This document shows positions 1 to 13,600 of a stretch of DNA of 64,000 bases, piece after piece. The first letter of the stretch is position 1. Every line of letters begins with the position of its first letter. The stretch covers positions 334,552,001-334,616,000 of the forward strand of contig OZ024743.1 of assembly GCA_964016885.1 (NCBI GenBank). Reading direction: 5' to 3'. A model generated the notes under the pieces. That model saw only the letters and a program-made list of their open reading frames with translations. It did no database searches and was not told where the DNA came from. Origin of the DNA: Eledone cirrhosa (taxonomy: Eukaryota). Made by a program: the position numbers and the translations under genes.

Positions 1-377
1 TAACCAGGGGAAAGAAACAAGCTTCAAAAATTATTCTGTTTAGCATAAGCTAGGTGAATATATGAGCGCTTTTAGAACAGACCCGACACGAGCGAAGGCT
101 ATGAGCGGAGAGAGAAAAATAGCCTTCGTGGTGTACAGGATGAAATGAAGAGAAGAGAGAGAAACAGTGAGTGAGTGAAAGTGTGAGGAAGAGTTAACTG
201 ACATGACAGAGGGGGAGAAACAGAGAGAATGGGGGAACAGTAAGAGAGAGAGAAAAAAAACACAGAATCGCAGTGGTATATATATATATATGTGTGTATA
301 AGTTAAACAGAAATAACAACACAACCGGTACACTATATGGAGGTTAGCACATGGTATAGCAGGAAGAGGGATTTAAA

Positions 378-402
378 GTTTCGGACGCTAGTCCTTCATC
401 AG
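378..402 (-). ncRNA. Minimal hammerhead ribozyme core
   Basis: Reverse complement reads CTGATGA-A-GGAC-TAGC-GTCC-GAAAC: both catalytic boxes and a perfect stem II; the stem III/cleavage triplet is imperfect. Confidence 0.6.
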
Positions 403-569
403 AAGAAAGAATGAGAAATAAGATAGACTGAGGCGACGGGCGGATTGGAATTGGAAAAAATGTCTTTAGATAAAAATATCAGCTCCATTAATGTTGACAT
501 GTCATATATATATATATATATATATGAATAAAATGATGAGCTGTGTGGTTGCATTATATATATATATAT

Positions 570-1897
570 CTTAAGGTTTGTTGGTTCACCACTGGATAGA
601 ACTTGTGACTCGCACTGAATTCGGAACCCGAACTTTACACTAGGTACAATCTGTTACCATTCCATCTCCTCTATCCTCTATATCTATATCTATATGTACA
701 ACTTATATTATCTTACTACAACTTGATCTATATTGACTCTTATTTACCTTTATTAATTTTTTTACTAATCTTTAATTAGTAATTTTTTTAGAATAATTTT
801 GATCGATTTGCACTTTTCATTGTTTGACTTGTATGGTGGTTTTTTCCCGGCTGCACGCTGGGCACTCGGATATTTCAGCCTTCCTTGAGTGCTCGGAAAA
901 ATAAATTTCTCCTCTTTCGGTAAATGAAATTACTCGGAGTCGCTTGCTCTGCCCCAGTCCCACCGCGCCGCTTGTTTTGGCCGCCTAATTATACCTGTAC
1001 CTACAAACTCCAGGTTTGGGACACAACTATTAGCTGTATCTTACCTCTATTGACACGTAAATAAACTCCTAATGTGTGATTTAATAGTATTCGTGGTATA
1101 GACGATGGCCCGTCGAAATTGTGGGGTTCCCGCTAGCGATCCCGGGGCCAAAGTTAGTTACGTTCCTAGAGTACTCAGAAAAATTAATTTCCATTTCTTT
1201 CGCTGGACGATACCACTCGAGACTGGCTGACTCATGGTGGTGGGTGTGTTGGTTGGGTCTCCCAATCGAAATCTTTACTCTATATCCCATCCTAATAGCT
1301 TATCGAGTTAAAAAGAATTTTTTCATATAAGACTCTCTCCGTAAGTTCGTTAAATAAATAAATCTCGCTACCTCTATTTTTTAATTTACCATTTTGCAAT
1401 ATAATATTTTTAATTTAATTTATTTCATCCTATAACTCGCAACATAAGTTTAGCGTTCCAATCTTCGGTTCACACATTAGACCATACAGACACCCACTAT
1501 AGATTCTTTGGGTAGCACTCTTTTCGCGGCATTTTCTAACATGAATGTATTTTGACCCTTACACTACACTTCTTTCTCCCTTTCTTTCTTTCTTCTCCTT
1601 CTTCTTTGACGGAGTGGTGGTAGTACATGATAGGCCTGCGCCCCCTTACCAGATGTTCACTGGTAGTTTTTCGGTTGCCAACACTTTGAAGGCGGCTGGC
1701 TGTGAAGCTAGTTGGTCAGCCGCCTTCTGTGTCTCTGGTTTCTCGGACCCATGGTTTTTCGGACCCATGGCTTGTTACATATTCCTTTGTTATATTCCAA
1801 TACCTGATGATATCACCGGATTCATATGGAACCCGCTCATTGAAATTATAAATAGTATAATAAACCTTTCAAGGATTTACACCAGTCCAGCCTCCTG
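570..1897 (+). mobile_element. (TA)n-flanked non-autonomous element, probably Penelope-like, with a 3' hammerhead
   Basis: Bounded by (TA)n on both sides; its head (ggtttgttggttcacc.ctggataga) recurs at ~60883 and its tail recurs inverted at ~61030-61235; hammerhead motif at 1800-1858. Confidence 0.55.
1800..1858 (+). ncRNA. Type I hammerhead ribozyme motif
   Basis: ATAC-CTGATGA-(hairpin)-GAAA-TTATAAA-TA-GTAT; stem I ATAC/GTAT, stem III containing the palindrome TTATAA. Confidence 0.6.
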
Positions 1898-2407
1898 TTA
1901 TATATATATATATATATAGTTTTTGATGATTTAGTGTTAAAGAATAAAAACTTAAGATAAAATAGAAATATATTTATAAAGAATGAGACCCTCGAGAGTG
2001 TGTAGCCTTCAGCTATTACATATTTAGCTGATAGTTTAGCACAGCATCTGTGAGAGTGTAAAAATTGTTAAAAGTTGGATAAAAGTGGGAAACAAAGTAG
2101 GTCATTACATTGATAAAGTATACTAAAAACAACAATTGAAAACATAAAATTGATTATAATATATAAGAAAGATGTAACTATCATTGTTTAAGTAAGAGAA
2201 CTAATTTATTCGCTGATTAGCGGTGACAGATATGGTATCTTTTTATGTTACAGATAATTACGCTAAATAAATAACCATTCGTATTCAAAATTGGTGTTAT
2301 ATTGTAAAATTGAGCAGGCACAAGTCTATGCATAGCTCATTTACGTGAAAGACAAATCATATATTATATATATAGATATCTGTAAAATCACGACCGCATC
2401 GCCAATG

Positions 2408-2477
<70 letters not shown>

Positions 2478-2558
2478 ATAATAATAAATTTGAAGACTAA
2501 AATCCAAAGAGGGTTCGATAAGGATAAATATATATCAAATATATAAGTACCGTAGAGC

Positions 2559-2682
2559 AAATATTTATTAAAATAACAGATTAAAGTTTAAGCAAAGAAT
2601 CGCTGCTTTCACCCTTAACGTTAAGGGTGAAAGCAGTGATTCTTTGCTTTGCTTAAACTTTAATCTGTTATTTTAATAAATA
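2559..2682. repeat. Near-perfect palindrome (fold-back of a TA-associated element)
   Basis: Arms mirror around ccttaac|gttaagg; the linear form of the same sequence occurs at ~49425 and ~60028. Confidence 0.85.
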
Positions 2683-2780
2683 TATATATATATATATCAG
2701 AGGTATGTATTGAGTTAGAAACTCAAAATAGTCTTTTACAATTAAATAGGTCAAAGAAAGAAGTTTTACTGAGCCGTGTA

Positions 2781-2892
2781 ATATAATTGAATATACAAGA
2801 GAGGTAAACACAAATATAAACATACATAACCTGGTCGCTTACAATTCGAACACATGTATGTTTATATTTGTGTTTACCTCTCTTGTATATTC

Positions 2893-2900
<8 letters not shown>
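2781..2900. repeat. Inverted repeat, ~47-bp arms
   Basis: atataattgaatatacaagagaggtaaacacaaatataaacatacat is mirrored by atgtatgtttatatttgtgtttacctctcttgtatattcaattatat. Confidence 0.85.
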
Positions 2901-2964
<64 letters not shown>

Positions 2965-3327
2965 AATATTATTATATTACACTCTGTCTAGCTCTACACC
3001 TCGCCACTGGCGTGAACCTAAACATCGAGTGCTCACCTGGGTGAACCTAAAGTAACTTCACGTTAGACTCCCTGGATATATATATATATATATATATATA
3101 TTTAAAAAAAAGGAAAAGAATGACTTCACTTGTAGTTCTAAACAATTTGATTTAATTTTATAATATTATGATTTGGTAGATATATATGTCGGTGAAGTTG
3201 CAGAGTTATTAGAACGGAAATTGGAAAGCTTGCCAATATTCTTTCAGGGCTTCTCTGCTATGAGGTCAGCTTTTGTCTGAGAACGTTTTGAAGTCAGTTA
3301 CACATACATACTAAGGTCGTCGTCGTC

Positions 3328-3395
<68 letters not shown>

Positions 3396-3447
3396 GTTGG
3401 CAATATATTTTGCCGTTCCTGGGACTTTTTGTCCTAGGAAAGGAAAA

Positions 3448-3531
3448 TGCTTTCTGATGATCTTGACTTTTCCATTGGAGGTCCCCATGGATTTCTAATG
3501 TTTTGTGAAGGGAAACCGATCGGTAAAAGCA
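3448..3531 (+). ncRNA. Complete type I hammerhead ribozyme with extended stem II
   Basis: TGCTTT-CTGATGA-TCTT...AAGG-GAAAC-CGATCG-GTA-AAAGCA: perfect 6-bp stem I, palindromic stem III, GUA cleavage triplet; lies in a TA-flanked element (3392-3612). Confidence 0.8.
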
Positions 3532-3610
3532 ACTGGAGTAGGTAAATATTTAAATTATATTTTTAATTTATTTAAAAAAATTGTTTGAATTTTGCTTGTT
3601 CTGCTTATCT

Positions 3611-3848
<238 letters not shown>

Positions 3849-4607
3849 TAATGGAGTAAAGATTCAACCGCGAGCTCGAGTGGCTTTGAATAAGAACTTC
3901 TCTCTCTCTTTCTCTTTCTCGCTCTCACACACTTATGTGTTTGTGTGGAGTAAATTTAAATATACTAAGTTACTTAACTCGAAACTATATTAACCAGAAT
4001 TGTTTGTGTTTACATTTAGAAAAATCAACTCGGTATTGTAGACGAAAGGAATAAGGAAAGGAGACGGCGAAGGAGGTTTCTTGCGACAGCTATATAATAT
4101 AAATGTATAATTGAAGAGGAAAAATTACATTAAAGTATTTAGGGGAAAAAATAAACCTTGTTTTCTTTTCTAAGTCATTGCTTTGCAATTACTTATAATA
4201 CGGATATAAATTTCAATGCATTAATTATTTAATAAGCCATAGAAATAAACATGTCCAAACACGCACAATGTCAACTATTTTGCTGTTCAAAATAACAAAA
4301 TATCACATCTGTGTCTTTTCAGAGTGAAGCTTATAATTTAAAATTGTTATACAAATTGTTATACAAATATTAAAGTTATCTGAGATTTTATAATATTCAC
4401 TGTGTTGTGCATAAATATGTGTTATTTAATTAATAGTGTTGTCAATAAATATGCTTTATGCAAACAAGAGTGGCAATTTCAGTTAAAATTTGCTTTGTGT
4501 TATAAATAGGAATGTCTTATGGATTCTTATTTTCTGGTGTATATAGCCGACTAGATGTGAAACGTGGAAAATGAATTTCTATAGCTTTCTCTGCACAGAT
4601 AGAATAA

Positions 4608-5197
4608 TTATTTCTACTTTTGGCACAAGGCCAGCAATTATATCAGTGCATTACTGGTACTTTATTTTATCGACCCTGTAAGGATGAAAGGCAAAGATAA
4701 CCTCGGGATTTCAACTGAGAAAGTAAAGGACCGTAACTCTGTGCCGCGGAGCAGAGTATCCGATACTCTAACGATACTGCTAATCCACGGCCCTACCTAT
4801 GTAAATAAAATAATTCTTTCTACTTTAGACACAAGGCTAGCAATTTGGCGAGAGGCGAAAGTCGATTAAATCGACCCAGTGTATTACTGGTACTTTATTT
4901 TATCGACCCCGTAAGGATGAAAGGAAAAGCTAACCTCGTCGGGATTTGAACTGAAAATGTAACTCTATGCCGCAAAGCATGTTGTCCGACACTCTACCGA
5001 TTCTGCTACCTATGTAAATAAAATAATTGTTTCTACTTTTGGCACTAGGCCAGCAATTAATCCAGTGCATTACTGGTACTTTATTTTATCGACCCTGTAA
5101 GGATGAAAGGCAAAGTTAACCTCGGTGGGATTTGAACTGATACTGTAAAGGGACGTAACTCTAACCTACAAAGCATGTCGTCCGACCCTCTACCGAA
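4608..5197 (-). mobile_element. Three tandem copies of a tRNA-derived SINE (major octopus-type SINE)
   Basis: Repeated ggcacaaggccagcaat...actggtactttattttatcgaccc.gtaaggatgaaaggcaaag..aacctcgg.gggatttgaact; the reverse strand has A-box-like TGGCAGTATCGG and B-box GAGTTCAAATCC. Confidence 0.8.
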
Positions 5198-5527
5198 TGC
5201 ATTTGCATTTGTTTCTCTGCACAAAAGGGTTACATTTAAATATTTTAGATTTCTCAGATCACGACATATCCGATAAAAACAATGAGTACACTTAAAACTT
5301 CAAAAGAGGGAAATTGGTGAATGGTTGCTCTTTTGTGTAAATTGTAATGACGCCCGTTCTCTGTACGTGAGATGCGTGTTTTGATTCAAGCAGGCAAATC
5401 TATTTTCCGGCACTAGACCTGTTCTACGAGATCGTGTACTGAATTTTGTTTATGGAGAGCAGCTTTCTTTTAAAGTCATATGATATATTTAAATCTATTG
5501 TTCCCAGACTTGATCTTTCCTAAAGTA

Positions 5528-5609
<82 letters not shown>

Positions 5610-5714
5610 TATATATATATATATAAATATATATACACCACAATAACATACACAATTCGTAAAATAAGATAGGTTCCTGTGTTGCATGCATATTTATCGT
5701 CTGATACTTTGGAA

Positions 5715-6030
5715 AAGCTGGCGAATTGGCAGCCATTAGCACGTCGGATAGAGTGTTTTATAAAATACGTTCTGGCTCTCTACTCTCTGAGTTCAAAATT
5801 CCACAGAGGTAAACTTATCCTTTCATCATTTTGGGGTCAATAAAAAATCTACCAGTCAAGTATTGCGGTCGATTTTTTCTCTATACCTCTATCTCACTTC
5901 CATTTACTTTCTCTATCTTTCTCTGGAAAAAATCTGCTGTACTCAGGCTTGGAGAGGAATGTGCTTCACCTGACTTAAAATGTACAAGAAGTGCCGTATG
6001 TCAGTACAGTGTCTCTACGACTCCGCCAGG
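5715..6030 (+). mobile_element. SINE head joined to an alternative 3' tail
   Basis: SINE 5' half followed by ~150 bp that is also found after the SINE head at 43980-44280. Confidence 0.6.
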
Positions 6031-6724
6031 AGTTACGGGACCATGCATGGATACACTTCGGAAAAAAACTGGTCTCCTTATAATTCCAAACCATTATTTT
6101 TGTTAATAAAGAAACCATTATAATTCCCTTAATCATTTTTTGACCATTCAAAAAGATAATTACTTTCCTAGGACACAGTTTTTTTTTAGTATTTCAATTA
6201 TGTGGCTTGATCGAATTGATTTTCTAAACAAAAGAACTTCTCGAAGAAAACAATGTCCACCATCTCTATGGTAACTTTCGTTACTATTTTTTTTATACGG
6301 GTGTTCAATGAATCCCAAAACGTCAATACTTCAATATTTACTATGAGTAGCATAAATCAACAGTACGGCGCTAGAAATAAATAAAACGTGAATGGATTGA
6401 ATAGGGAACAATATAAAATAAACTGAAAAAGACGAGGTTAATTAAAATATGTTATTATTAGATTCTTAGAAGTATCAAATCAAACGGAGATTCATATACA
6501 AGAGAATAAAATAGTAATTATTGAGAATTTCCCGTTTGTAATTATTACAAAAACTAATGAAGATTAATGTAATATTTTGAACGTAAACATTGCAAGATAT
6601 CGGGGTTTTCTTGTTGATTTATCTTTTTGTAAACGTTGATTCAAGCTTTTCCTACATATAGAAATAGAGAGAAAGTGGCGCCAGAACGAGTATCCTCCCC
6701 TTCCAAATAACTTACTCGCAATTT

Positions 6725-6958
6725 CTGGGTCCCGACCGACAGGATAGTGAATACGTAGCCCTGGAGGACGGCGATGGAGACGCACTGGAACAGCCACTCC
6801 ACCTCGCAGAGCTCGCACGTGGGAGTGGCCAACACACACACATACACACAGACACACACACATGTATATAGACACACACACACACACAAACACACGGCGA
6901 GGGAGACGCACTGGGACAGCCACTCCACCTCGCAAGGCTCGCACGTGTGAGTGGCCAA
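6725..6958 (-). mobile_element. 3' fragment of a CRE-like (RLE) non-LTR retrotransposon, partly duplicated within (CA)n
   Basis: Translates EWLFQCVSIAVLQGYVFTILSVG, resembling the CRE C-terminal motif FLFQRISIAIQRGNA.SIL; 6895-6958 duplicates part of 6768-6832. Confidence 0.55.
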
Positions 6959-7284
6959 CACACACACCCACACACACATATTTATACACACACACATATA
7001 AATATACATGCATATGTGTGTATATATTACGCTAGTTATACTGCTCAAAATCCCTAAGAGGATCATTAAACTATGTTTAGCAATACAGTTAATGTTTGAA
7101 ATATATAGCTATTCAGAACCATCGATTATTTTATAGAACTTTTGTCATATTATATATTAATATGTTGTTAGTTGTTGTTGTTACAGCTCACACCTATCAG
7201 TTTTAGCTGGCCTTCTCCAAGGTATATCTCGTTGGTGTCTTGGGTAATTTAATGATAGGGACCCCAGTCCTATCATCTCATTTC

Positions 7285-7390
7285 TAATAAAGTGTCTTGC
7301 TCAAGGAAACAACACATCATCCGGTCTTAGAATTGAACTCACAACCTTTCGATTGTAAGCCCAATGCTATAACCACTAAGCCATGCGCCA
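7285..7390 (-). mobile_element. Second tRNA-derived SINE family, 5' part (related copies at ~31415-31530 and ~58850-59010)
   Basis: aaagtgtcttgctcaaggaaacaac...gaattgaactcacaacc...taaccactaagccatgcgcc; the reverse strand has A and B boxes. Confidence 0.6.
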
Positions 7391-7619
7391 TATCAATATG
7401 TAGGTATTAAGGAATACATATAATTAAATCTAAGTACAAATTATAACTGAATAAGAAAATATTTCTACCATCGTAATGTTTTCGCTCTAACTGCCAGACT
7501 TTGGAACTCTCTTCCATATAATTGTTGCGCCCCCTATTGATCTGAATTCTTTCCAGTTTAAGGTAAATTCATTCCTTTCGTCTTAATTTCTCCTCCTTCT
7601 TCAGGCCTTTCTTGGGACT

Positions 7620-10600
7620 TTAAAAACATGTTGCTGTTTGTACCACGATAGAATGTACCCAAATCACACTGTAATATCTTACTGTTTGTACCACAATAAA
7701 ATGAACCCAGAACAAACTGTAAAATGTTACTGTTTGTGCCACGATAAAATGTACCCAGAACAAACTGTAATATCTTACTGATTGTACCACGATAAAATTT
7801 ACCCAGAACAAACTGTAATATGTTACTGTTTGTGCCGCGATAAAATATACCCAGAACAAACTGTAATTTGTTACAGTTGGTCCAACCATAAAATGTACCT
7901 AGAACAAACTGTAATATGTTACAGTTGGTTCCACGATAAAATGTACCCAGAACAAACTGTAATATGTTACAGTTGGTCCCACCATAAAATGTACCCAGAA
8001 CAAACTGTAATATGTTACAGTTGGTCCCACGATCAAATGTACCCAGAACAAACTGTAACATGTTACTTTTTGTGCCACCATAAAATGTACCCAGAACAAA
8101 CTGTAATTTGTTACAGTTGGTCCCACCATAACATGTACCCAGAACAAACTGTAATATGTTACAGTTGGTTCCACCATAAAATGTACCCAGAACATACTGT
8201 AATATGTTGCAGTTGGTCCCACGATAAAATGTATCCAGAACAAAGTGTAATATGTTACAGTTGGTTCCACCATAAAATGTACCCAGAACAAACTGTAATA
8301 TGTTACAGTTGGTCCCACCATAAAACGTACCCAGAACAAACTGTAATATGTTACATTTGGTCCCACGATAAAATGTACCCAGAATAAAATGTAATATGTT
8401 ACAGCTGGTCCCACCATAATATGTACCCAGAACAACCTGTAATTTGTTACAGTTGGTCCCACGATAAAATGTACCCAGAACAAACTGTAATTTGTTACAG
8501 TTGGTCCCACCATAAAATTTACCAAGAACAAACTGTAATTTGTTACAGTTGGTCCCACCATAAACGTACCCAGAACAAACTGTAATACGTTACAATTGGT
8601 CCCACCATAAAATATACGCAGAAAAAACTGTAATTTGTTACATTTAGTCCCACGATAAAATGTACCCAGAACAAATTGTAATATGTTACAGTTGGTCCCA
8701 CCATAAAATGTACCCAGAACAAACTGTAATATGTTACAGTTGGTCCTACCATAAAATGTTCCCAGAACAATCTGTAATATGTTACAGTTGGTCACACCAT
8801 AAAATGTACCCAGAACAAACTGTAATATGTTACAGTTGGTTCTACTATAAAATGTTCCCAGAATAAACTGTAAAATGTTACATTTGGTTCCACGATAAAA
8901 TGTACCCAGAACAAACTGTAATATGTTACATTTGGTTCCACGATAAAATGTACCCAGAACAAACTGTAATTTGTTACATTTAGTCCCACGATAAAATGTA
9001 CCCAGAACAAACTGTAATATGTTACAGTTGGTCCAACCATAAAATGTTCACAGAACAAACTGTAATATGTTACAGTTGGTCACACCATAAAATGTACCCA
9101 GAACAAACTGTAATATGTTACAGTTGGTTCTACCATAAAATGTTCCCAGAACAAACTGTAATATGTTACAGTTGGTTCAACGATAAAATGTACCCAGAAC
9201 AAACTGTAATATGTTACAGTTGGTTCCACCATAAAATGTACCCAGAACAAACTGTAATATGTTGCAGTTGGTCCCACGATAAAATGTATCCTGACAAAGT
9301 GTAATATGTTACAGTTGGTTCCACCATAAAATGTACCCAGAACAAACTGTAATATGTTACAGTTGGTCCCACCATAAAACGTACCCAGAACAAACTGTAA
9401 TATGTTACATTTGGTCCCACGATAAAATGTACCTAGAACAAACTGTATTATGTTACAGTTGGTCCCACCATAAAATGGACCCAGAACAACCTGTAATTTG
9501 TTACAGTTGGTCCAACCATAAAACTTACCCAGAACAAATGGAATTTCTTACAGTTGGTCCCACCATAAACGTACCCAGAACAAACTGTAATATGTTACAG
9601 TGGGTCCCACCATAAAATGTTCCCAGAACAATCTGTAATATGTTACAGTTGGTCACACCATAAAATGTACCCAGAACAAACGGTAATATGTTACAGTTGG
9701 TTCTACTATAAAATGTTCCCAGAACAAACTGTAATATGTTACAGTTGGTTCCACTATAAAATGTACCCAGAACATACTGTAATATGTTGAAGTTGGTCCC
9801 ACGATAAAATGTACCCAGAACAAAGTGTAATATGTTACACTTGGTTCCACCATAGAATGTACCCAGAACAAACTGTAATATGTTACAGTTGGTCCCACCA
9901 TAAAACGTACCCAGAACAAACTGTAATTTGTTACAGTTGGTCCCACCATAAACGTACCCAGAACAAACTGTAATATGTTACAGTTGGTCCCACCATAAAA
10001 TATACGCAGAACAAACTGTAATTTGTTACATTTATTCCCACGATAAAATGTACCCAGACCAAATTGTAATATGTTACAGTTGGTCCCACCATAAAATGTA
10101 CCCAGAACAAACTGTAATATGTTACAGTTGGTCCCACCATAAAATGTTCCCAGAACAATCTGTAATATGTTACAGTTGGTCACACCATAAAATGTACCCA
10201 GAACAAACTGTAATATGTTACAGTTGGTCCCACCATAACATGTACCCAGAACAAATTGTAATATGTTACAGTTGGTTCCACGATAAAATGTACCCAGAAC
10301 AACCTGTAATATGTTGCAGTTGGTCCCACGATAAAATGTACCCAGAACAAACTGTAATATGTTACAGTTGTTTCCACGATAAAATGTAGCCAGAACAAAC
10401 TGTAATATGTTACAGTTGGTCCCCCCATAAAATGTACCCAGAACAAACTGTAATATGTTACTGTTGGTTCCACGATAATATGTACCCAGAACAAACTGTA
10501 ACATGTTACAGTTGGTCCCACCATAAAATGTACCCAGAACAAACTGTAATTTGTTACAGTTGGTCCCACCTTAAAATGTACCCAGAACAAACTGTAATAT

Positions 10601-13600
10601 GTTACAGTTGGTTCCACTATAAAATGCACCCAGAACAAACTGTAATTTGTTACAGTTGGTCCCACCATAAAATGCACCCAGAACAAACTGTAATATGTTA
10701 CAGTTGGTCCGACCATAAAATGTACCCAGAACAAACCGTAATTTGTTACAGTTGGTCCGACCATAAAATGTACCCAGAACAAACTGTAATATGTTACAGT
10801 TGGTCCCACCATAAAATGTACCCAGAACAAACTGTAATATGTTACAGTTGGTCCCACCATAAAATGTTCCCAGTACAAACTGTAATATGTTACAGTTGGT
10901 ACCAGGATAAAATGTACCCAGAACAAACTGTAATATGTTACAGTTGGTCCCACCATAAAATGTACCGAGAACAAACTGTAATATGTTACAGTTGGTCCCA
11001 CGATAAAATGTACCCAGAACAAACTGTAATATGTTACAGTTGGTCACACCATAAAATGTACCCAGAACAAACTGTAATATGTTGCAGTTGGTCCCACGAT
11101 AAAATGTACCCAGAACAAAGTGTAATATGTTACACTTGGTTCCACCATAAAATGTACCCAGAACAAACTGTAATATGTTACAGTTGGTTCAACGATAAAA
11201 TGTACCCAGAACAAACTGTAATATGTTACAGTTGGTTCCACCATAAAATGTACCCAGAACATACTGTAATAGGTTACAGTTGGTCCCACGATAAAATGTA
11301 TCCAGACAAAGTGTAATATGTTACAGTTGGTTCCACCATAAAATGTACCCAGAACAAACTGTAATATGTTACAGTTGGTCCCACCATAAAACGTACCCAG
11401 AACAAACTGTAATATGTTACATTTGGTCCCACGATAAAATGTACCCAGAACAAACTGTAATATGTTACAGTTGGTCCCACCATAAAATGTACCCAGAACA
11501 ACCTGTAATTTGTTACAGTTGGTCCCACCATAAAACTTACCCAGAACAAACTGTAATATGTTACAGTTGGTTCCACCATAAAATGTACCCAGAACATACT
11601 GTAATAGGTTACAGTTGGTCCCACGATAAAATGTATCCAGACAAAGTGTAATATGTTACAGTTGGTTCCACCATAAAATGTACCCAGAACAAACTGTAAT
11701 ATGTTACAGTTGGTCCCACCATAAAACGTACCCAGAACAACCTGTAATTTGTTACAGTTGGTCCCACCATAAAACTTACCCAGAACAAACTGTAATTTGT
11801 TACAGTTGGTCCCACCATAAACGTACCCAGAACAAACTGTAATATGTTACAGTTGGTCCCACCATAAAATGTTCCCAGAACAATCTGTAATATGTTACAG
11901 TTGGTCACATCATAAAATGTACCCAGAACAAACGGTAATATGTTACAGTTGGTTCTACTATAAAATGTTCCCAGAACAAACTGTAATATGTTACAGTTGG
12001 TTCCACTATAAAATTTACCCAGAACATACTGTAATATGTTGCAGTTGGTCCCACGATAAAATGTACCCAGAACAAAGTGTAATATGTTACACTTGGTTCC
12101 ACCATAAAATGTACCCAGAACAAACTGTAATATGTTACAGTTGGTCCCACCATAAAACGTACCCAGAACAAACTGTAATTTGTTACAGTTGGTCCCACCA
12201 TAAACGTACCCAGAACAAACTGTAATATGTTACAGTTGGTCCCACCATAAAATATACGCAGAACAAACTGTAATTTGTTACATTTATTCCCACGATAAAA
12301 TGTACCCAGAACAAATTGTAATATGTTACAGTTGGTCCCACCATAAAATGTTCCCAGAACAATCTGTAATATGTTACAGTTGGTCACACCATAAAATGTA
12401 CCCAGAACAAACTGTAATATGTTACAGTTGGTTCTACCATAAAATGTTCCCAGAACAAACTGTAATATGTTACAGTTGGTTCCACGATAAAATGTACCCA
12501 GAACAACCTGTAATTTGTTACAGTTGGTTCCACAATAAAATATACCCAGAACATACTGTAATATGTTGCAGTTGGTCCCACAATAAAATGTACCCAGAAC
12601 AAACTGTAATATGTTACAGTTGGTTCCACCATAAAATGTACCCAGAACAAACTGTAATATGTTACAGTTGTTTCCACGATGAAATGTAGCCAGAACAAAC
12701 TGTAATATGTTACAGTTGGTCCCACCTTAAAATGTACCCAGAACAAACTGTAATATGTTACAGTTGGTTCCACCATAAAATGTACCCAGAACAAACTGTA
12801 ATTTGTTACAGTTGGTCCCACCATAAAATGTACCCAGAACAAACCGTAATATGTTACAGTTGGTTCAACGATAAAATGTACCCAGAACAAACTGTAATAT
12901 GTTACAGTTGGTCCCACCATAAAATGTACCCAGAACAAACTGTAATATGTTACAGTTGGTCCCACCATAAAATGTACCCAGAACAAACTGTAATATGTTA
13001 CAGTTGGTTCCACCATAAAATGTACCCAGAACAAACTGTAATTTGTTACAGTTGGTTCCACGATAAAATGTACCCAGAACAAACAGTAATATGTTTCAGT
13101 TGGTGCCACCATAAAATGTACCCATAACAAACTGTAATTTGTTACAGTTGGTCCCACCATAAAATGTACCCAGAACAAACTGTAATATGTTACAATTGGT
13201 CCCACCATAAAATGTACCCAGAACAAACTGTAATATGTTACAGTTGGTCCCACCATAAAATGTACCCAGAACAAACTGTAATATGTTAAAAGTTTGTCGC
13301 CCATGAAATATGCCCAGAATAAACTGTGATTTGTTACAGTTGGTCCCACCATAAAATGTACCCAGAACAAACTGTAATATGTTACAGTTGGTCCCACCAT
13401 AAAATGTACCCAGAACAAACTGTAATATGTTACTGTTGGTTCCACGATAAAATGTACCCAGAACAAACTGTAATATGTTACAGTTGGTTCCACGACAAAA
13501 TGTACCCAGAACAAACTGTAATATGTTACAGTTGGTTCAACGATAAAATGTACCCAGAACAAACTGTAATATGTTACAGTTGGTTCCACCATAAAATGTA